The notes under the pieces are model-generated. The model saw only the letters and a list, made by a program, of their open reading frames with translations, was not told the DNA's origin and ran no database searches. Source: Arcobacteraceae bacterium (GTDB taxonomy: Bacteria > Campylobacterota > Campylobacteria > Campylobacterales > Arcobacteraceae). From it: 64,000 bases of DNA. Below are positions 35,096 through 45,940 of this stretch, in pieces. The DNA is taken from the NCBI GenBank assembly GCA_048268245.1, contig JBLWVX010000009.1:11368-75367 (forward strand). The letters are read 5' to 3'. Position 1 is the first letter of the stretch; every line of letters begins with the position of its first letter. The translations under genes and the position numbers were made by a program.

Positions 35096-36298
35096 ATGGA
35101 AAAAGTTGTAATAATTGGTGGTGGTTATGCGGGTATTTATGCATTAAGAGAATTAGTTAAAAATAAAAATATAAAAATCACATTGATTGATAAGCATACA
35201 TTTCATAATCTTCAACCAGAAGTTTATGATCTTATTGCAAACAAGTCTAATATTGCTGATGTTACTATTGATTTAACTACTTTATGTTTAGGATTTAATC
35301 ACAACTATTTAGAGTATAAAAACTTAAAAGTAAGAAAAATAGACCAAGAATCAAAAAAAATATTCACAGAAGAACAAGAAATAGTTGAGTATGATTATTT
35401 AATCATGGCAGCAGGTACTAGAACATTTTTCCCACCACAAATTCCTGGATTAAATAATGCCCACGATATCAAAAAACTTCACTGGGCTATGTTCTTTAAA
35501 CAAAGTTTTGAAAACCAACTTTTCAAAAAAATCCAAGATGAAGCCAAAAAATGTGATGATACTCATATCGTAGTTGTTGGAGCTGGTTTATCAGGTGTAG
35601 AAATTGCAGCAGAGATGGCATATAACTCAAAGATGTTTTTTCAAAGAGGTAATTTCTCTTGTGATAACCTAAAAATTTCCCTTGTAAGTAGTTCTGATAC
35701 TATTCTTCCAGGTCTTACTCCTGAATTAATTAGTATTTCACATAAAAGACTTAAATCCCTTGGTATTAATGTAATTACTAATACAAAACTTCAAAAGTGT
35801 GAAGATGGTTTTGCTTATCTTTCAAATGGAACAAAAATCTATAACTCATTTTTAATCTTTACAGGGGGAATTGAAGCCAATAAAATCACAGAAGAACTTG
35901 ATGTAGCTAAAAACCCTAAAGGACAAATAATAGTAAATGAGTTTATGCAAAGTGATAAAGACCCTAAAATTTTTGCTATTGGGGATGCAGCTGAAATCAA
36001 AAATAAAAAGGGCGAGATTATGCCTCCAAATGTTACTATTGCTAGAATCAGTGGAACAAATGCAGGTAAAAATATTTTAAGAATGATAGAGAAAAAAAGA
36101 TTAGTAAAATGTGATCCAAAGCTAGATGGTATTTTAATTGCCCTAGGTGGAAAATACGCAGCTGGTAATATTGCTGATTTATTCCATGTAAAAGGAAGAC
36201 TTGCTTACGAAATCAAAAAGTATGTATTTAGCTCATATAGAAAACCTCTTCTAAAACTTATTAAAACAGGTTATTCAAAACTAAAAAAAATGGCATAA
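35096..36298 (+). CDS. NAD(P)/FAD-dependent oxidoreductase, type II NADH dehydrogenase-like
   Basis: IIGGGYAG and VVGAGLSGVEIAAE dinucleotide motifs, FAIGDAA. Confidence 0.8.
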   Translation: MEKVVIIGGGYAGIYALRELVKNKNIKITLIDKHTFHNLQPEVYDLIANKSNIADVTIDLTTLCLGFNHNYLEYKNLKVRKIDQESKKIFTEEQEIVEYDYLIMAAGTRTFFPPQIPGLNNAHDIKKLHWAMFFKQSFENQLFKKIQDEAKKCDDTHIVVVGAGLSGVEIAAEMAYNSKMFFQRGNFSCDNLKISLVSSSDTILPGLTPELISISHKRLKSLGINVITNTKLQKCEDGFAYLSNGTKIYNSFLIFTGGIEANKITEELDVAKNPKGQIIVNEFMQSDKDPKIFAIGDAAEIKNKKGEIMPPNVTIARISGTNAGKNILRMIEKKRLVKCDPKLDGILIALGGKYAAGNIADLFHVKGRLAYEIKKYVFSSYRKPLLKLIKTGYSKLKKMA

Positions 36299-36323
36299 AG
36301 AAAAGACTTTTTAGTCTTTTCTT
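36298..36323. terminator. Hairpin between convergent genes
   Basis: AAGAAAAGACT-TTTT-AGTCTTTTCTT. Confidence 0.6.
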
Positions 36324-36694
36324 ATTTTTATAAGTATTCTATTATCTCTATCCCTATGAGTTATCTCTTTTTCATTTTTATTAAAAAGTTCTCTTAAAAA
36401 ATCTTTATTATATGACTTATGTAAATTCTTTGCATTAAAAACTTCTAGTTTTTCACATCTAAAAGTTGAACTACAAACTCTATCCTCATAGATTTTCATA
36501 TCAAGAACTGCTGTACCTGCACTAAAAATTTGAACTTGTGTATAATCGTCATATTTAAAAATAAAGCCTTTATCATAAAACTTCATAGTTGGTGTTTTTA
36601 TAAGTATTGTAGCACTTGATGTAATTGTTGGCTTTTGATTAAAACATCCTGTAAAAAGGAAGATAGTAATAAGTAATAATGATAAATTTTTGAT
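36311..36694 (-). CDS. Lipoprotein, apparently initiating at a non-canonical ATC codon
   Basis: Track ORF 36311-36586 extends 36 in-frame codons to ATC 6 nt after AAGGA, giving (M)KNLSLLLITIFLFTGC with a lipobox. Confidence 0.7.
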   Translation of the reverse strand: MKNLSLLLITIFLFTGCFNQKPTITSSATILIKTPTMKFYDKGFIFKYDDYTQVQIFSAGTAVLDMKIYEDRVCSSTFRCEKLEVFNAKNLHKSYNKDFLRELFNKNEKEITHRDRDNRILIKIRKD

Positions 36695-36760
36695 GCCTAA
36701 TCCTTTGTTTTGAAATATTTTACTATAATATCCATAAATTATAAAATCAAAGGTTATTTA

Positions 36761-37834
36761 TTGTTAGTACATATTTGTTGTGCAGTCGATAGTCACTATT
36801 TTTTAGAAAGAATACAAGAAGAATATCCAGATGAAAAGTTAGTAGGATTTTTTTATGATCCAAACATTCATCCATATAGTGAATATAGGCTAAGATACTT
36901 AGACGTAGAATACTCATGCCAAAAACTAGGAATTGAATTAATTGAAGGTCCTTATAACCTAGAAGCATGGCTAAAAAAAGTTAAAGGTATGGAGCATCTT
37001 CCCGAAAAAGGTGATAGATGTACAGTTTGTTATGATGATAGACTTGATAACACAGTTGCAAAAGCAAAAGAGTTAGGACATGATAAATTCACAACTACAC
37101 TTCTTATCTCACCTAAAAAGTCTCAAGAAAAACTTGATAAGATTGGTCACAATCTTCAAAGTTTACATGGAATAGAGTTTATTTTTAGAGATTACAAAGC
37201 TGGAAATGGTGCAGAAATTCAAGGTAAAAAAGTAAAAGAAAACCAACTTTATAGACAAAACTATTGTGGTTGTTTATTTGGTCTTTCAGCGCAAAGAGAA
37301 GCCCAAAAGAAAATCATGGATGAGATGTTTAATCCTATCTCAAATCAGATTTTACCTGAGTCAATTGAAGAGCGACTTGAGCTATATAAAAGAAGAAATA
37401 CTCTTGAAGCAAATGGTGATGAGTATAAAATCATAAAAAATAGATTTCTAAACTATAGACTTTTAAGTGGAAAAGTTTTAGTAAAAAAACAAATCAAACC
37501 TTCATATATCTTCCCTTACTCGATAATAAATAGAGGAAAAACAAATGGAAGAATTGATTATAAAAAAGATGGGGTTAACTATCTAAACAGAGATGAAGTA
37601 AAAATCATAAGTTTGGAAAAATACAATGAACTTAGCAATACAAATTATGCAAGTGTAAAAGAGCTTATGTATAACCCTCCACTATTTGAAGAAGAAATTC
37701 AAATAAGAGCAAAAATAATCAAAAGCCCTTATGATTTAAGTGCAATTATAGTCTTAGATGAAATTCTTGATGAAAAGTATGAGATTTTTATGGATGCTCA
37801 AACATATGATGACGTAAGGGAAGAGATAATATGA
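36761..37834 (+). CDS. queH: Epoxyqueuosine reductase QueH
   Basis: LVHICCAVDS, PNIHPYSEY, RCTVCY, YRQNYCGC; probable TTG start at 36761. Confidence 0.88.
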   Translation: MLVHICCAVDSHYFLERIQEEYPDEKLVGFFYDPNIHPYSEYRLRYLDVEYSCQKLGIELIEGPYNLEAWLKKVKGMEHLPEKGDRCTVCYDDRLDNTVAKAKELGHDKFTTTLLISPKKSQEKLDKIGHNLQSLHGIEFIFRDYKAGNGAEIQGKKVKENQLYRQNYCGCLFGLSAQREAQKKIMDEMFNPISNQILPESIEERLELYKRRNTLEANGDEYKIIKNRFLNYRLLSGKVLVKKQIKPSYIFPYSIINRGKTNGRIDYKKDGVNYLNRDEVKIISLEKYNELSNTNYASVKELMYNPPLFEEEIQIRAKIIKSPYDLSAIIVLDEILDEKYEIFMDAQTYDDVREEII

Positions 37835-38874
37835 AACTTTTAGTATGTGCTATGGAAACTTCTTCAAATATTCACTTAAAGGAGCTTAAAAAGCACCTTA
37901 GTGATGATATAGAGCTTGTAGGAGTGTTTGATAAAGAACTTGGTAACCCAATGTATGATTTAACTGCTTTGGCTATTATGGGCTTTATAGATGCTCTAAA
38001 AAAGCTTCGATTCTTTTTTAAGTTAAGAGATGAACTTGTAGAAGCTGCTGAAACTTGTGATAAAGTTCTTTTGATGGATTCATCAGGGTTCAATCTTCCT
38101 CTAGCAAAAAAACTAAAACAAAAGTATCCAAACAAAGAAATTATTTACTACATCCTTCCTCAAGCATGGGCTTGGAAAAAAGGAAGAGTTAAAAAACTTG
38201 AAGCTTACTGTTCTAAACTTTGCTCTATCATACCTTTTGAAAGTGAACTTTATACACAAAAAGATAAAATCACTTATGTAGGTCATCCTTTGCTTGATGA
38301 AATACATCACTTCAAAGAAGAACTTACACAAAGCAATAAAATTGCTTTTATGCCAGGAAGTAGAAAAACAGAGATTAAAAATCATATGCCAATCTTTAAA
38401 AGCCTAGCAAAACATATTCCTAACAAAGAACATATTTTAATAATTCCTTCAAAATTTGATGATGAATATATTAATAGAACTTATGGAGATATATCAGATT
38501 TTACTATTTCAAGACAAGCTCATGAGACCTTACAGGAAAGTGAATATGCCTTTATATGTTCAGGAACAGCAACCCTAGAAGCTGCACTTATTGGAACACC
38601 ATTTACACTAAGTTATATAGCTAAAAAACTGGATTATAAAATAGGGAGAACCTTTGTAAAACTACCATATATTGGCCTTGCAAACATCTTTTTTGATAAG
38701 ATGGGTAAAGAGTGTATACATAGTGAATTTTTACAAGAAGATGTAAGTGTTGAAGCTTTATTAAATGATTATAAATCAATGAAAAAAGACAAATTTTTTG
38801 AAGATTCAAAACTTTTAAGAGAGTACTTAAAAAATGGAAGTTCAAAAAACGTAGCAAACATAATTCAAAACTAA
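37831..38874 (+). CDS. lpxB: Lipid-A-disaccharide synthase
   Basis: PQAWAWK, YVGHPL, PGSRKTE, SGTATLE, LANI. Confidence 0.95.
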   Translation: MKLLVCAMETSSNIHLKELKKHLSDDIELVGVFDKELGNPMYDLTALAIMGFIDALKKLRFFFKLRDELVEAAETCDKVLLMDSSGFNLPLAKKLKQKYPNKEIIYYILPQAWAWKKGRVKKLEAYCSKLCSIIPFESELYTQKDKITYVGHPLLDEIHHFKEELTQSNKIAFMPGSRKTEIKNHMPIFKSLAKHIPNKEHILIIPSKFDDEYINRTYGDISDFTISRQAHETLQESEYAFICSGTATLEAALIGTPFTLSYIAKKLDYKIGRTFVKLPYIGLANIFFDKMGKECIHSEFLQEDVSVEALLNDYKSMKKDKFFEDSKLLREYLKNGSSKNVANIIQN

Positions 38875-38923
38875 TTTTTTTTTCGATAAAATATCTACCA
38901 TTAATTAAATTTTAGGATAATAA

Positions 38924-39367
38924 ATGTTAGATGTTACAGAAATTCAAGAAATTCTTCCTCACAGATACCCATTCTTATTAGTTGATAGAATCACTGATAT
39001 GGAAAAAGGTAAAAACATTGTAGGTTTTAAAAATATCTCAATTAGTGAGCCAGCGTTTATGGGACATTTCCCAGGTCACCCAATTTACCCAGGTGTTTTA
39101 ATCTTAGAAGGTATGGCTCAAGCTGGTGGTATTTTAGCATTAAAAAGTAATGACTTAACAGCAGAAGAGTTAAAGAACAAAGTTATTTACTTCATGAGTA
39201 TCGACAAAGCAAAATTCAGAACGCCTGTAAAACCAGGTGATCAATTAGAATACAGAATCGAAGTTAAAAAACTAAGAGGTACACTAATTGTTCTTGAAGG
39301 TAAAGCTTATGTTGATGATGCATTAGTTGCTGAAGCTGAACTAAAAGCTATGGTAGTAGACAAGTAA
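38924..39367 (+). CDS. fabZ: 3-hydroxyacyl-ACP dehydratase FabZ
   Basis: [27 protein letters not shown]. Confidence 0.98.
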   Translation: MLDVTEIQEILPHRYPFLLVDRITDMEKGKNIVGFKNISISEPAFMGHFPGHPIYPGVLILEGMAQAGGILALKSNDLTAEELKNKVIYFMSIDKAKFRTPVKPGDQLEYRIEVKKLRGTLIVLEGKAYVDDALVAEAELKAMVVDK

Positions 39368-39378
39368 TTAGGTAAAAA

Positions 39379-40158
39379 ATGAGTAATATACACAAAACAG
39401 CAATAATTGAAGATGGTGCGAAACTAGGTGAAAATGTAACTATAGGTGCATATACAATTATTGGTAAAGATGTAAAAATCGGTGATGGAACTATCATTGA
39501 TTCACATACAGTTGTAGCGGGTAAAACTACAATTGGAAAAAACAATCATATTTTTTCACATGCAGCAATAGGAACTATTCCACAAGATTTAAAGTTTGAT
39601 GGTGAAGATGTAGAGCTAATTATTGGAGATAACAATAAAATTAGAGAATTTACACTATTTAATCCAGGAACTAAAGGTGGTGGTTCTATCACAAAAATTG
39701 GAAGTAACAACTTATTTATGGGTTATACTCATGTAGCTCATGATGTAATAGTTGGTGACAATTGTGTATTTGCTAACTGTGCTACTTTAGCAGGACATGT
39801 AGAAATAGATGATTTTGTTGTAGTTGGTGGACTTACTCCAATACACCAATTTTGTAAGATTGGTACACAAGTTATGATTGGTGGTGGTTCTGTAGTAACA
39901 CAAGACATTCCTCCATTTTGTTTAGCAGAGGGAAATAAAGCTGTTCTAAGAGGTCTTAACTTAAATGGTTTAAGAAGAAGATTTGATAATAGAGAAGATA
40001 TAAATGCAATTAAAAATGCATACAAAGCTTTATTTGAAAGTGGTAAACCTTTAGCTGATGTAGCAAATGAATTATTAGAAAATGAAAATAAATATGTAAA
40101 AGAGTTAGCATCTTTTTGTTTAGGTACAAAAAGAGGAATTCCTTACAACAGAAAATAA
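39379..40158 (+). CDS. lpxA: UDP-N-acetylglucosamine acyltransferase LpxA
   Basis: Hexapeptide repeats, PQDLKF, HVAHD, LAGHV, IHQF. Confidence 0.98.
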   Translation: MSNIHKTAIIEDGAKLGENVTIGAYTIIGKDVKIGDGTIIDSHTVVAGKTTIGKNNHIFSHAAIGTIPQDLKFDGEDVELIIGDNNKIREFTLFNPGTKGGGSITKIGSNNLFMGYTHVAHDVIVGDNCVFANCATLAGHVEIDDFVVVGGLTPIHQFCKIGTQVMIGGGSVVTQDIPPFCLAEGNKAVLRGLNLNGLRRRFDNREDINAIKNAYKALFESGKPLADVANELLENENKYVKELASFCLGTKRGIPYNRK

Positions 40159-40175
40159 AAAATAGGTTTGGTAGA

Positions 40176-41405
40176 ATGAGTAAAGTAACATGCGATTTTT
40201 GTGGAGCAACAGATAGCCCTAGCAATCCAGTAATAGCAGGTGATAACGCTTGTATTTGTAAAGCTTGTGTTGGTGCTGCACATGAAATAATGAATGGTGG
40301 TGCCCCTGAAGATATGGAGCATTTACCAGCAACAGTTGAAGAAGAAAAAGTTCAAGAAGAGATAAAACTTAGAACTCCGGCTGAATTAAAAGCTATTTTA
40401 GATGACTACGTAATAGGTCAAGAAAGAGCAAAAAAAGTTTTATCAGTTGCGGTTTATAATCACTATAAAAGAATTTTTAGACACAATGAGATTGATGATG
40501 ATACAGAGTTAAACAAATCAAATGTTCTTCTAATAGGACCAACAGGTTCAGGTAAAACACTATTAGCTCAAACTATCTCTAAATATTTAGATGTACCTTT
40601 AGCAATTGCTGATGCTACTTCTTTGACAGAAGCTGGTTATGTTGGTGATGATGTTGAAAATGTGGTTACTAGATTAGTTCAAGCTGCTGATGGAGATATT
40701 GAAAAAGCTCAAAGAGGAATTATCTTTATTGATGAAGTTGATAAAGTAGCTAGAATGAGTGAAAATAGATCAATCACTAGAGATGTTTCAGGTGAAGGTG
40801 TTCAACAAGCTTTACTTAAAATAGTAGAGGGTTCTGTTGTAAATGTTCCACCAAAAGGTGGAAGAAAACATCCTGGACAAGATGCACTTCAAGTTGATAC
40901 TACAAATATTCTATTTGTTTGTGGTGGAGCTTTTGATGGGCTTGAAGATATTATCAAGAAAAAACAAGGTGCAAACGTACTTGGGTTTAATCAAGATAAA
41001 AAATCTAAAAAAGAAGAAGAGAAAATCATCTCTCAAGTTGAAACTGATGATTTAGTAAAATATGGTTTAATTCCTGAATTAATCGGTAGATTACATATGG
41101 TAGCCACTTTAAATGAAATCACAGAAGATGATATGGTACATATCTTAACTGAACCAAAAAATGCCCTTATCAAACAATACATCAAACTATTTGAAATGGA
41201 TGATGTAAACTTAGAGTTTGATAAAGAAGCCCTAAAAGAGCTTGCTAAACTTGCAATTGAAAGAAAAACAGGTGCAAGAGGTCTTAGATCAATTTTAGAA
41301 GATATTATGCTTGATATTATGTATGATCTTCCAAAATATAAAGACAAAACAATTACTATTACAAAAGATGTAGTAAAAAAAGAGAAAGAACCAAAAATCG
41401 CATAA
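40176..41405 (+). CDS. clpX: ATP-dependent Clp protease ATP-binding subunit ClpX
   Basis: Zn finger CDFC...[29 protein letters not shown]; probable ATG start at 40176. Confidence 0.98.
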   Translation: MSKVTCDFCGATDSPSNPVIAGDNACICKACVGAAHEIMNGGAPEDMEHLPATVEEEKVQEEIKLRTPAELKAILDDYVIGQERAKKVLSVAVYNHYKRIFRHNEIDDDTELNKSNVLLIGPTGSGKTLLAQTISKYLDVPLAIADATSLTEAGYVGDDVENVVTRLVQAADGDIEKAQRGIIFIDEVDKVARMSENRSITRDVSGEGVQQALLKIVEGSVVNVPPKGGRKHPGQDALQVDTTNILFVCGGAFDGLEDIIKKKQGANVLGFNQDKKSKKEEEKIISQVETDDLVKYGLIPELIGRLHMVATLNEITEDDMVHILTEPKNALIKQYIKLFEMDDVNLEFDKEALKELAKLAIERKTGARGLRSILEDIMLDIMYDLPKYKDKTITITKDVVKKEKEPKIA

Positions 41406-41425
41406 TATAAGAGAGGGAAAACAAA

Positions 41426-42457
41426 GTGTTTTTAGATAAATTAATTGGTCTATTTTCAAGTGATATGGCAATTGACCTTGGAACTGCTAATACTATTGTT
41501 TCTGTAAGAGGAAAAGGTATTATCATAAATGAACCATCTGTTGTTGCTGTACAAAATGATAAATATGGTAGAGATAAAATTTTAGCAGTTGGTCAAGAAG
41601 CTAAACAAATGATTGGTAAAACACCACTTAATATTCAAGCAGTTAGACCTATGCAAGATGGTGTTATCGCTGATTTTGAAATGACTGAAAGAATGATAAG
41701 ATACTTTATTGAAAAAGCCCACTCTAGAAAATCTTTTATTAGACCTAGAATTATCATATGTATTCCATATGGTATTACACAAGTTGAAAGAAAAGCTGTT
41801 GAAGAATCAGCAATGAGCGCAGGAGCTAGAGAAGTATTCTTAGTAGAAGAACCAATGGCAGCTGCTATTGGTGCTGGTATTCCTGTATCTGACCCATCTG
41901 GGTATGTTGTTGTTGATATTGGTGGTGGTACTACTGAGATTGGAGTAACTTCTCTTGGTGGACTTGTGCTTTCAAAATCAATCAAAGTTGCAGGTGATAA
42001 GTTTGATAAATCAATTATTGATTATGTAAGACAAAACTACAACTTATATATAGGAGAGCGAACTGCTGAGAATATCAAGATAGAAATTGGTACTGCAATT
42101 AAACTTGATACTGAACTAAAAATCAAAGTAAAAGGTAGAGATAACTCTGGATTACTTTCAACAATTGAACTTGGAAGTGAAGGTGTTAGAACTGCTATAA
42201 AAGAACCATTAAAAGAGATTGTTTCTGCTGTAAGAAGTGTCTTAGAAGATATGCCACCTGATTTAGCAGGAGATGTTGTAGATAATGGTGTAATTCTTAC
42301 TGGTGGTGGTGCTTTAATTAGAGGAATTGATGAATATATCGCTGATATTGTAAAACTTCCTGTTAAAGTTGCAGAAGATCCACTTCTAGCAGTAGCTTAT
42401 GGTACAAGCAATGTATTAGATGAGGACGCACTTTTAAAACTAATCACTAATGCGTAA
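41426..42457 (+). CDS. mreB: Rod shape-determining protein MreB
   Basis: IDLGTANT, EPSVVA, DIGGGTTE, LTGGGAL. Confidence 0.98.
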   Translation: MFLDKLIGLFSSDMAIDLGTANTIVSVRGKGIIINEPSVVAVQNDKYGRDKILAVGQEAKQMIGKTPLNIQAVRPMQDGVIADFEMTERMIRYFIEKAHSRKSFIRPRIIICIPYGITQVERKAVEESAMSAGAREVFLVEEPMAAAIGAGIPVSDPSGYVVVDIGGGTTEIGVTSLGGLVLSKSIKVAGDKFDKSIIDYVRQNYNLYIGERTAENIKIEIGTAIKLDTELKIKVKGRDNSGLLSTIELGSEGVRTAIKEPLKEIVSAVRSVLEDMPPDLAGDVVDNGVILTGGGALIRGIDEYIADIVKLPVKVAEDPLLAVAYGTSNVLDEDALLKLITNA

Positions 42458-43268
42458 ATTCTTCTTTATTCTACTTTTTTTAGTAGTTGGTTTATCTTAC
42501 CTATTCGAGGTAGATAAACTAGTTGCTAGAAACTTCACTTTTTTAAACGACATAAAACTATCATACATTAACTCTGTTATAGATATTTCAACAACTATTG
42601 AAAAATATTTTGACCAAGTTACAACTATAGAAGAACTAGAAAAAGAAAATGATGAACTTAAAAACTACAAAGCCTTATATCTTACTACCCAAAAAAAACT
42701 TGACAGTATAGATAATTTTCTTACTACAAATGAGCAACATCAAACAAGAATAGATATAAAACAAACAAAAGTTTTATCATATATAAACTTCAATGACTTT
42801 ACAAAAGTATGGCTTGATTATGAAAAAGAAGATGATGCAATTTTAGGACTTATTAGCCAAGATTATGCAGCAGGAATTGTAGTAAAAGAGCAAGGAAGAG
42901 CAGTAGCACTTCTAAATGGTAACCAAAAATGCTCTTACGCTGTATTTATAGGAGAGAGTAAAACTCCTGGTATTCTCACAGCAAAAAAAGATGGAACTAT
43001 CTTAATAAAATTTATTCCTATGTGGTCTGAACTAAATGTAGGTGATGAAATAGTAACATCAGGTATGGATAACATTTTCGTAGAAGGTCTAAAAGTAGGA
43101 AAAGTAAAAGATATACAAATACTTCCACAAATGAAAACAGCAACAGTAGAAATGTATGCAAACGTACTAAAGAAAAAATACTTTTATGTGTACAAAGAAG
43201 CTCCTACAACTTCAAGTAAACAAGAAAATTTAACTAAAGAAAAAGAGGAAGAGACTACCAATAAGTAG
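42450..43268 (+). CDS. mreC: Rod shape-determining protein MreC
   Basis: Follows mreB; TM plus coiled coil; VGDEIVTSGMDNIF..G..VG. Confidence 0.93.
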   Translation: MRKFFFILLFLVVGLSYLFEVDKLVARNFTFLNDIKLSYINSVIDISTTIEKYFDQVTTIEELEKENDELKNYKALYLTTQKKLDSIDNFLTTNEQHQTRIDIKQTKVLSYINFNDFTKVWLDYEKEDDAILGLISQDYAAGIVVKEQGRAVALLNGNQKCSYAVFIGESKTPGILTAKKDGTILIKFIPMWSELNVGDEIVTSGMDNIFVEGLKVGKVKDIQILPQMKTATVEMYANVLKKKYFYVYKEAPTTSSKQENLTKEKEEETTNK

Positions 43269-43276
43269 CCATAAGC

Positions 43277-44167
43277 CTAATACTTTTTTATAAATTTAAT
43301 ATTATTTAAAATTTTCACCGCAATTATTGTTAAAACTGTTCCTAATAATATTGAAATAGTAATCTGTTCATCTAAAAATAGTCCACTTAAACTTATTGCT
43401 GCAAAGGGAACTAGAAATATAAAAGAACTTACTTCGCTTGCACCTAATTTTTCAATCCCTAAAAAATAAATTGTATTTGAAAAAGTTGATGCCCCAATTG
43501 ATAATACTAACATGTTAATCCAAAATATAGAATCTAATTTTGAATATTCAATACTTATTAAATCTACAAAAAAGAATAAATTTAAAATGCAAATTATTAT
43601 ATATAAATAAAAGGTAAATACAATTGGAGAAATATTAGAAGCTTTTGAGCTTAGTATTGTAACCATTGCCCAAAGAAAAGCTGCTAAAATAAAATAAAGA
43701 TTTTGTATTACTAGAACTTCATCTATATTAAAAGACCAAATATCTAACATTGTCATCACACCTATGGCACCTAAAGAAAGTGCAAAGAAATCTTTTTTTG
43801 TAATTTTTTTTGTTCCTAGTAAAGCTAAAATCACAAATGTAATAATAGGGATTAAACTAGTTACAAATGCTCCACCTAAACTTGCTGTACCATATTTTGT
43901 ACCTAAATAAAAATACTTCATATAAGCTATCAATGCAATTGACGTAATAAAGACCCATATAAAACTTTTTAAATCTATTTTAAATGATTTTTTTAGAAAT
44001 ATAATAATTGGAAGCATTGTTATAGCTGTTATAAAAAATCTAAAAAACATTGTTTCAAACTCATTTAAATAACTACTTAATACTTTGATATTTACCCAAG
44101 ATGCACCCCAACCTATCATGGCAAAAAAAAGTAAAAAATAAAATATATTTTTATTTGTTGTTTTCAT
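43277..44167 (-). CDS. DMT/EamA family transporter
   Basis: About 10 TM helices, WGASW, duplicated EamA pattern. Confidence 0.88.
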   Translation of the reverse strand: MKTTNKNIFYFLLFFAMIGWGASWVNIKVLSSYLNEFETMFFRFFITAITMLPIIIFLKKSFKIDLKSFIWVFITSIALIAYMKYFYLGTKYGTASLGGAFVTSLIPIITFVILALLGTKKITKKDFFALSLGAIGVMTMLDIWSFNIDEVLVIQNLYFILAAFLWAMVTILSSKASNISPIVFTFYLYIIICILNLFFFVDLISIEYSKLDSIFWINMLVLSIGASTFSNTIYFLGIEKLGASEVSSFIFLVPFAAISLSGLFLDEQITISILLGTVLTIIAVKILNNIKFIKKY

Positions 44168-44208
44168 AATACCTCTTTATAATTAATAAAAAAGTCTATC
44201 TAAGCTTG

Positions 44209-45009
44209 TTAATTTTTGTATAGAATAAAGTTGCGGTTTTCATTTATCCATGTTGGTGAGAAATCAAAGATTCGTTTAAAGTTTCTATTAAAGTGAGATT
44301 GATCATTAAACCCAGATTCAAGTGAAGCATCTACTATACTATATCCTTTTTCTATTAAGGCTCTTGCATTTTCTACTTTTGTATTTATTATATATTGATG
44401 CGGAGTTAGTCCAGTTTCTTCTTTAAATATTCGTATAAAGTGATATTTACTTAAACCTATGTTTCTTGATAACTCATCTAAAGTTGGAGAATTATATAAA
44501 GTATCATTTATAAACTCTATACTTTTTGAAATAACTTCATTATTATTAAAATTGCTATCTAAATCTTTGCCAACACTTGTGTAGTTTTTAATTAAATAAG
44601 CTAAAGCATCAATACAATGTGTTTCTAACACAATATAATGTTGTTTATAAATTATCGACTTAAAAACATTTTTTAGTTTAGAATATAATGTAAAATCATC
44701 AATAATATGCTTTTCAAATATAGGTATTTTCTTTTCATCAAAAATCTCAAAATAAATTTCACTCATTAAGTCAATAGATGGATAAAAATAATGATTAAAC
44801 CAATCTTGGGATAATCCTCCATGAAGTTCGTATGGATTATTTACTCTTGTTGAATTTGCATAAAAAGTGAAAGTATTATTTTTATTTTTTGATTTATATA
44901 ATCCCTTATGAGTAATACCTATTGAGTAAGTATTATGGAAATGCATATCAAAATTTTTATTTGATTGTTTAACATTAGTAAAAAGAATATTATTCAATAA
45001 CTTATTCAT
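44209..45009 (-). CDS. AraC family transcriptional regulator
   Basis: HFH cupin N-terminus; LSKYHFIRIFK..GLTP and GFNDQSHFNRNFK HTH motifs. Confidence 0.93.
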   Translation of the reverse strand: MNKLLNNILFTNVKQSNKNFDMHFHNTYSIGITHKGLYKSKNKNNTFTFYANSTRVNNPYELHGGLSQDWFNHYFYPSIDLMSEIYFEIFDEKKIPIFEKHIIDDFTLYSKLKNVFKSIIYKQHYIVLETHCIDALAYLIKNYTSVGKDLDSNFNNNEVISKSIEFINDTLYNSPTLDELSRNIGLSKYHFIRIFKEETGLTPHQYIINTKVENARALIEKGYSIVDASLESGFNDQSHFNRNFKRIFDFSPTWINENRNFILYKN

Positions 45010-45094
45010 TTTTTATTGTACTATAAAGAAAGTGATTTTTACTATTTGACACTTCTACTTTATATTTATTAAATAAATATAAATACATACAAAT

Positions 45095-45715
45095 TTAATA
45101 AGTAGCCATGATCCTATCTACATCATTCCAAGAAAGTTCATCTTTTTTATCTTGAGTTCCTTTGAACATATTATAAACATATCTAGCAAACATATCTGTT
45201 TCTAGGTTTACTTTTGTTCCAACTTTATATCTTTTAAATAAAGTATTCTCAATTGTATGTGGAATGATTGTAAGTCTAAATGAGTCTTTCATCACATCAT
45301 TTACAGTAAGTGAAACTCCATCTATCGTCACACTTCCTTTTGGAATAATATATTTTGAGTATTCACTTGGAAGTGATACATAAAAATCAGTTGAATTTCC
45401 ATTGTTTTTAATAGCACTAATAGTTCCTAAACAATCAACATGACCTTGAACAATATGCCCTTCAAACCTATCACCCATCATCATAGCAGGTTCTATATGA
45501 ACCTCATCTTTGTAGTTTTCCATGGCTAAAATCTTTTGAGATTCAGGTGAAAGCTCAACTGTAAAAGTATCACTTGTATATCTAACTACCGTTAAACATG
45601 CACCATTTACAGCTATAGAATCCCCTATTTTTGGGCTATATTTTGCTTTTAATGTTAAGAAGTTATTTTTAAGACTCACTACCTGAGCCATCTCTCTTAT
45701 AAGTCCAGTAAACAC
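45095..45715 (-). CDS. ribE: Riboflavin synthase (alpha chain)
   Basis: MFTGLI, GDSIAVNGACLTV, GHIVQGHVD, KGSVTIDGVSLTV. Confidence 0.95.
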   Translation of the reverse strand: MFTGLIREMAQVVSLKNNFLTLKAKYSPKIGDSIAVNGACLTVVRYTSDTFTVELSPESQKILAMENYKDEVHIEPAMMMGDRFEGHIVQGHVDCLGTISAIKNNGNSTDFYVSLPSEYSKYIIPKGSVTIDGVSLTVNDVMKDSFRLTIIPHTIENTLFKRYKVGTKVNLETDMFARYVYNMFKGTQDKKDELSWNDVDRIMATY

Positions 45716-45940
45716 TGTATTCCTTCATATTTTATATACGATATAGTATCTAATAACATTTAATTTCTAAATTAAGCATTAAATCTTAAAAAAAATTAAA
45801 ATATATTTGGAATAATCATATTTTTTTGGTATTATACGAAAAAAATATTCTGAAGCTTATTTTCAATAAAATCACTATTCAAAAATGCTTCATTTAACTT
45901 AAAATATATTAATAATTACTATTCAATTTTTGGAGAACTT

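Noticed and set aside
40116..40175. N-terminal extensions of clpX (also nuoB 26682-26702 and queH 36710-36760)
   Set aside because: Conserved protein sequence begins at downstream starts, so the extensions are ORF-caller artefacts
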